DNA from: Eledone cirrhosa
Taxonomy: Eukaryota
Reading direction: 5' to 3'
Length of the DNA: 64,000 nt
Assembly (NCBI GenBank): GCA_964016885.1
Contig: OZ024748.1
Location: 6,076,001 to 6,140,000 of the forward strand
This document shows positions 59,370 through 64,000 of this stretch, one piece after another (within the stretch, counting starts at the first letter, position 1; every line of letters begins with the position of its first letter). Under the pieces are notes generated by a model that had not been told where the DNA came from, made no database searches, and worked only from the letters and a program-made list of their open reading frames with translations. The translations under genes and the position numbers were made by a program.

Positions 59370-60143
59370 TGTATGTATGTATGTATGTATGTATGCGAAA
59401 AGAAAACGGATAAAAAACATCGTGAAACGATACAGTACAATGAAGATTTTTTGTATTTATATTGTTTTAACTTTTGATATGGTAGAAAAAGTCTCTGAAC
59501 TTTTCTGACATTAGTCCTTCATCCAAGATGGCTACAACCTAAGGAATAGAAGCATCTTCCAATTTATGTCTCATCTGGGGCTAAATAACAACAACTGGGA
59601 TAGTGTGAGACGGTAGAAATAAAGTTTAAAAAAGAAAAATCAAATCTGTTAATAAAACTTGCACTCTGTTTTATTTTAGATATTTTATGATCTGTAAAGT
59701 TGTTTACCATCTTAGTTTTAAAGAAATACTGGTCAAAGAAACGTTTCGCATCTGTTAGTACTGTCCTTGGTCAAAGGTACGGTCAGCATCATAAAATCCC
59801 CTCCCAGATCAAAGGAAATGCCAACGTATTATAGAATCCTCCATTCCCTCTCCTATCTCCTATGAGTTCAATGTAATAAAAAATTTTAGAACGATATTAT
59901 TTTTTCTGTCAATAAAATTTCTTGGTTTATATATTAAATAATAAAATAAAATGTAAACAACCGTTGACCTAAGAAACATTGGAACGATTTGAAATTTGAA
60001 ATGATGTCGTCCTAACGTAAATGATCATAGTAATATTTGAGATTATCATTATTGTCATTTTTGTGTTGGTTCTTCATTCATGCTTGTTTACATTGCTATC
60101 TACTGGCTAAACGTTTTCTAAAAACGCGGCATTGGTAGCGAGT

Positions 60144-60235
60144 GGCTCCTTATCATAGCGGTTAACGCACTCATCACTGGCTTCCGAGAAATGTGGTGTT
60201 CGATACCTCACAGGAGACTCTCTCCCCTCTTTTTG
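60144..60235 (+). mobile_element. tRNA-like Pol III head, probably of a third SINE family
   Basis: ctcct...tagcggttaacgc (A box)...gttcgatacc (B box)...aggag. There is no proper anticodon arm. Confidence 0.45.
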
Positions 60236-61004
60236 AGCAGCCAAGATCAAAGAAGTTCCAGCAATGACTACCACAATTTGTCCTGTATATATGAAAGCCA
60301 AAACTACTTCATTTAATTTATCATTTATATTTAAGGCAAGGCATTTGATTTGTGGGATATTCGACTGCTATTTTTAACATGACAAGTGACCACGTATAGG
60401 CCACCACATTGACACAAGTAACTACTGACGGTCTGTATCTACAAAATCTTCATACTTTAGTTAACCTTCTCGATTGGCCCTTAAAGATGCTCAATGAGAT
60501 AGGTTTCCAAATTGATTATTAGTTCAGTGTTATTGGAAGAGAAATACTATAGGGTAACCGCAGACAAGATCAGGGCTTCAAACCCGTAGAGAAATAGCAA
60601 AAGTGACTCAGCTTTGGATACATACTTAAGTAACATCTAATGTAGAGGGAAAATGCCTAACTTATATAGTTAAACTTTTACAAACATGAAAGGAACAATA
60701 TAATTAATATAGCTAAATAGAACTTGTTAAATATAAAATAACAGTAAGCCGTCCCCGAGGAACTTTGTCTAATTCTATAAAGAATTTTACAGTAAAATGA
60801 AACGAAAACAGACCAGTTCACCGAATGTGTTGTACATGGGTATGTAAATGACAAACACAGGCCATGGTTGTAAATAAATACACATACGAAACCCAGCAAG
60901 AGACTAGTGACATATTTATAGCATTTCGTTGTGAAGGTCAACTACATAAATAATCAGTAGAAAGATATCACTACAAAATACGTATATATGTTTTGACATA
61001 AAGC

Positions 61005-61038
<34 letters not shown>

Positions 61039-61140
61039 TTTATCCCGGGTGCAATCGGGGGTAACCACAGTAAGTAAGGTACTCAGTACAAAGCACAGTA
61101 TCAATAAACAGTTCTAGTCCTGTAGAAGCCTTTTCTATAT

Positions 61141-61186
<46 letters not shown>

Positions 61187-61189
<3 letters not shown>

Positions 61190-61410
61190 ATAATAATTAT
61201 GAAGACTAAAATCCGAAGAGGCCTGGATAAGGATTATATATATATAAATATATATATAAAACCCGTAGATCAAACAAATTAGAACAGATTAAAGTTTAAG
61301 CAAAGAATCGCTACTTTCACCCTTTTACGGGATCTGCTGATACAGTTTCAGAAGATCCCGCAAAAGGGTGAAAGCACCGTTTCTTTGCTTATACTTTAAT
61401 CTGTACTAGT
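61187..61410. mobile_element. Family C inverted-pair element with CAGAAGA core at 61349
   Basis: AGTTT-CAGAAGA-TCCCgcaaaaGGGT-GAAA-GCA...TGC-TT-ATACT, preceded by its inverted copy. Confidence 0.7.
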
Positions 61411-61451
61411 AATATATATATCAAAGCTGCTAAAAATATAGGCTATTTAAG

Positions 61452-61850
61452 AGCAAGACCAGCAATTTTGAGGAAGGGCAAAGTCGTTTGTATCTACCCA
61501 TTACTCAACTGGAATTATAATGTCCCTGATAGCACGAAAAGCAAAGGTGACCTCAACAGAATTTGAAATCAGAGGGTAGAAAGTGGTCAACACATGTCAA
61601 ACGCTTTAGCAATACTGCCAATCCACCACCTTTCTAATTTAGACACAAGGCTAGACATTTGAAGAGAGGGGTTAGTTGATTAAAGCTACCTCAGTAATTG
61701 ACTGGTAATTTATTTTATCGACACTAGAAAAATGAAAGTTAAAGTTGACTTCAGCGAAATTTGAAACCAGAATGTAGAATGGTGGGAAGATAATCTGCAG
61801 TCCATGTAATAAGAGGCACTAATGACTCTGCCAATTAACGCCAATCACCT
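61452..61850 (-). mobile_element. Two old tandem SINE family A copies
   Basis: Degenerate matches to the family A core (gacctcaacagaatttgaa; ttttatcgac...gaaagttaaagttgacttc). Confidence 0.65.
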
Positions 61851-62478
61851 TCCTAAACAATACCATAAAATGAAGATGAATTAAAAATATTTTTTAAATA
61901 TATATATATATATAAAATAGACGAAAAATGAAATTCCCCACCTAAGAAAAACAAAAGAATACATCATGTATGTAAAAGTATGTATACTACAAGTGTAGTT
62001 ACAGATGTTAACTGAATACATAAGAAAGATAAAAGAAAATATATCAAAAGCAACGAAGATAGAATAGAATACATGGATAAATATTGAAATAAACCACATA
62101 AAACATGCCACATTGTTATTTGGCAGAGATAAAACATTTCTCACTAGTAGTAACAATATCACTTGACTATAGATAGTTATTACAAAATCGTGTTCTACGT
62201 ACTATGCTCGGTGTCACAATAACCATAAATATTCCAAATTAGTTTCTAAACATGGCGGTATATGTAGGAGAGAACAAATCATGTACAATACGGCCATTTT
62301 GTTTTTCATCTTGGTATAGTTTTTTTATTTATTTTTTTTTTTTTCGTATTTCTTTCATTATATACGTTGTTTTTTTATGGAATATTTTTTTTATACATAT
62401 AACACTATTTATATTCGTGTACTATGTCCGCATGGTTTTCTTGCAAACACACACACACAATTATACCACCGCATAAGC

Positions 62479-62538
<60 letters not shown>

Positions 62539-62716
62539 AAATATATATATATATATATGTGTGTGTGTATGTATGTATGTATGTATACATCCCTGCCATG
62601 GTATATATTCATTTAAAGTTTTAATTAACAATTCCCCAAAGCTTCAAATTGTTCCTTACGTTTTGGTCGTTAATTCGTTACATAAATAATTCTTTGTTTA
62701 TAAAAGCGTCTGTATT

Positions 62717-62748
<32 letters not shown>

Positions 62749-62815
62749 GACACACACACACACACATATATATATATAGACACACACACACACACTCACA
62801 CACTCACACACACAC

Positions 62816-62862
<47 letters not shown>

Positions 62863-62969
62863 CACACATATATATATATATTTACACATACATACATATA
62901 TTCTTCCCATGCAGAGAGTGATACTCTGATTTGTATTCTTCCCGGTCTCGACACTGCAGAGTTTGAATA

Positions 62970-63042
<73 letters not shown>

Positions 63043-63407
63043 ATGTGTGTATGTTTGTTCGTGTTTGTGTGCGTACGTGTGTGTGTACCTGCGTGTCTGT
63101 GTGTGTGTGTCTTAGTATATATATTCTGTCTGGAGATACTGGTGACTCTGTGTCTACAATTGTGGGATATTTAATCCTTATTCTTTAAAATATACCCTTA
63201 TTCCCTTAACTTTAACTTAGTTCATTTAACGTAGGACTATATATTTAATATTTCTCTGTAAGATGACTCCCATGGCGGTTTATATAATGGTTATACCACA
63301 TGTTCGATTAACTGATCTAGCTACACATTGAATTGTTGTATCAATTGCTGTATAATTTGAATGTACTTAACGTAATTCTCAAGCAGAAGCAGTGTTATAG
63401 TCTATAA

Positions 63408-63596
63408 AAGTGGGTTTCGAAAGTGAGTCCCGCAGAACCTAGGGGTTCCGTAAAGGAGTGTCTCGTATTCTGTGGAAAAAGGTAGAGGATTATATTTATA
63501 TTATGACCATAAAACAGTATTAGATTTTGGGGTTACCCCAAAGGTTTCTGAAACAAAAAGGGTTCCGCGTTTGAAAAAGTTTGGGAAACCTTGGCC
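63408..63596. mobile_element. Possible hAT/Charlie-like MITE relic
   Basis: Repeated ggggttcc motifs and the end aaaaagtttgggaaaccttg. Confidence 0.45.
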
Positions 63597-64000
63597 TATA
63601 ACAAGTCTAACTCTATGAATTATACATATCATTTAACCAACAGGTTTCCGTACAATTCCTATTAAGATGATTTGGGTTGATACGGAGATAGAGTAAGGAC
63701 CTTTTGCCAAAGATATAACACAGTGGACATCATGTTGTTCATGATGAAATGTCCATAGCTAAAAAGGGGAGATGTGTCAGAATATATTCACACACAATAC
63801 TATGGTCGAGCGAAGGACATGATAGGGAATAATAGCCAAGTGTGGTGTAAAATGGAATCGAACTCAATAGTATACAGTTAAAAAGACAATCTCTTAACTC
63901 CACTTTTAGGCTTACAGAGAAGTTGATCATACATTTATTTGATTCGTTTTCCCTGCTTTCTCTCTTTTCGTCTTCCTCCAATATCTCTCTACCTCCCCCC

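Noticed and set aside
60144-60235. Functional tRNA gene
   Set aside because: A/B boxes are present but no canonical cloverleaf or anticodon arm can be drawn, so it is more likely a SINE head.

Overview
AT-rich, microsatellite-saturated animal genomic DNA. It is most likely an octopus or other coleoid cephalopod, inferred from the SINE families, the (TA)n/(CA)n/(GA)n density and the Hox sequence. The only host coding sequence I can support is the terminal homeobox exon of an Antennapedia (Antp/Hox7) gene on the minus strand (39222-38990). I found no YPWM-encoding exon, so 39223-64000 is probably part of one large intron. Nearly all supplied ORFs are translations of microsatellites. The rest is transposon-derived: two tRNA-derived SINE families, Tx1- and RTE-clade LINE fragments (one with a clean twin-priming inversion), a Penelope/Neptune GIY-YIG relic, MITE relics and minisatellites. 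The main hidden signal is a dense population of short elements from several unrelated families, inserted into (TA)n tracts. They carry type-I hammerhead ribozyme motifs, often as inverted pairs. Recurrent non-canonical cores include CAGAAGA (U4A), compensatory U3-A8, U-U at the base of stem II, and a greatly extended stem II. All folds were read by eye and none has been computed or tested.
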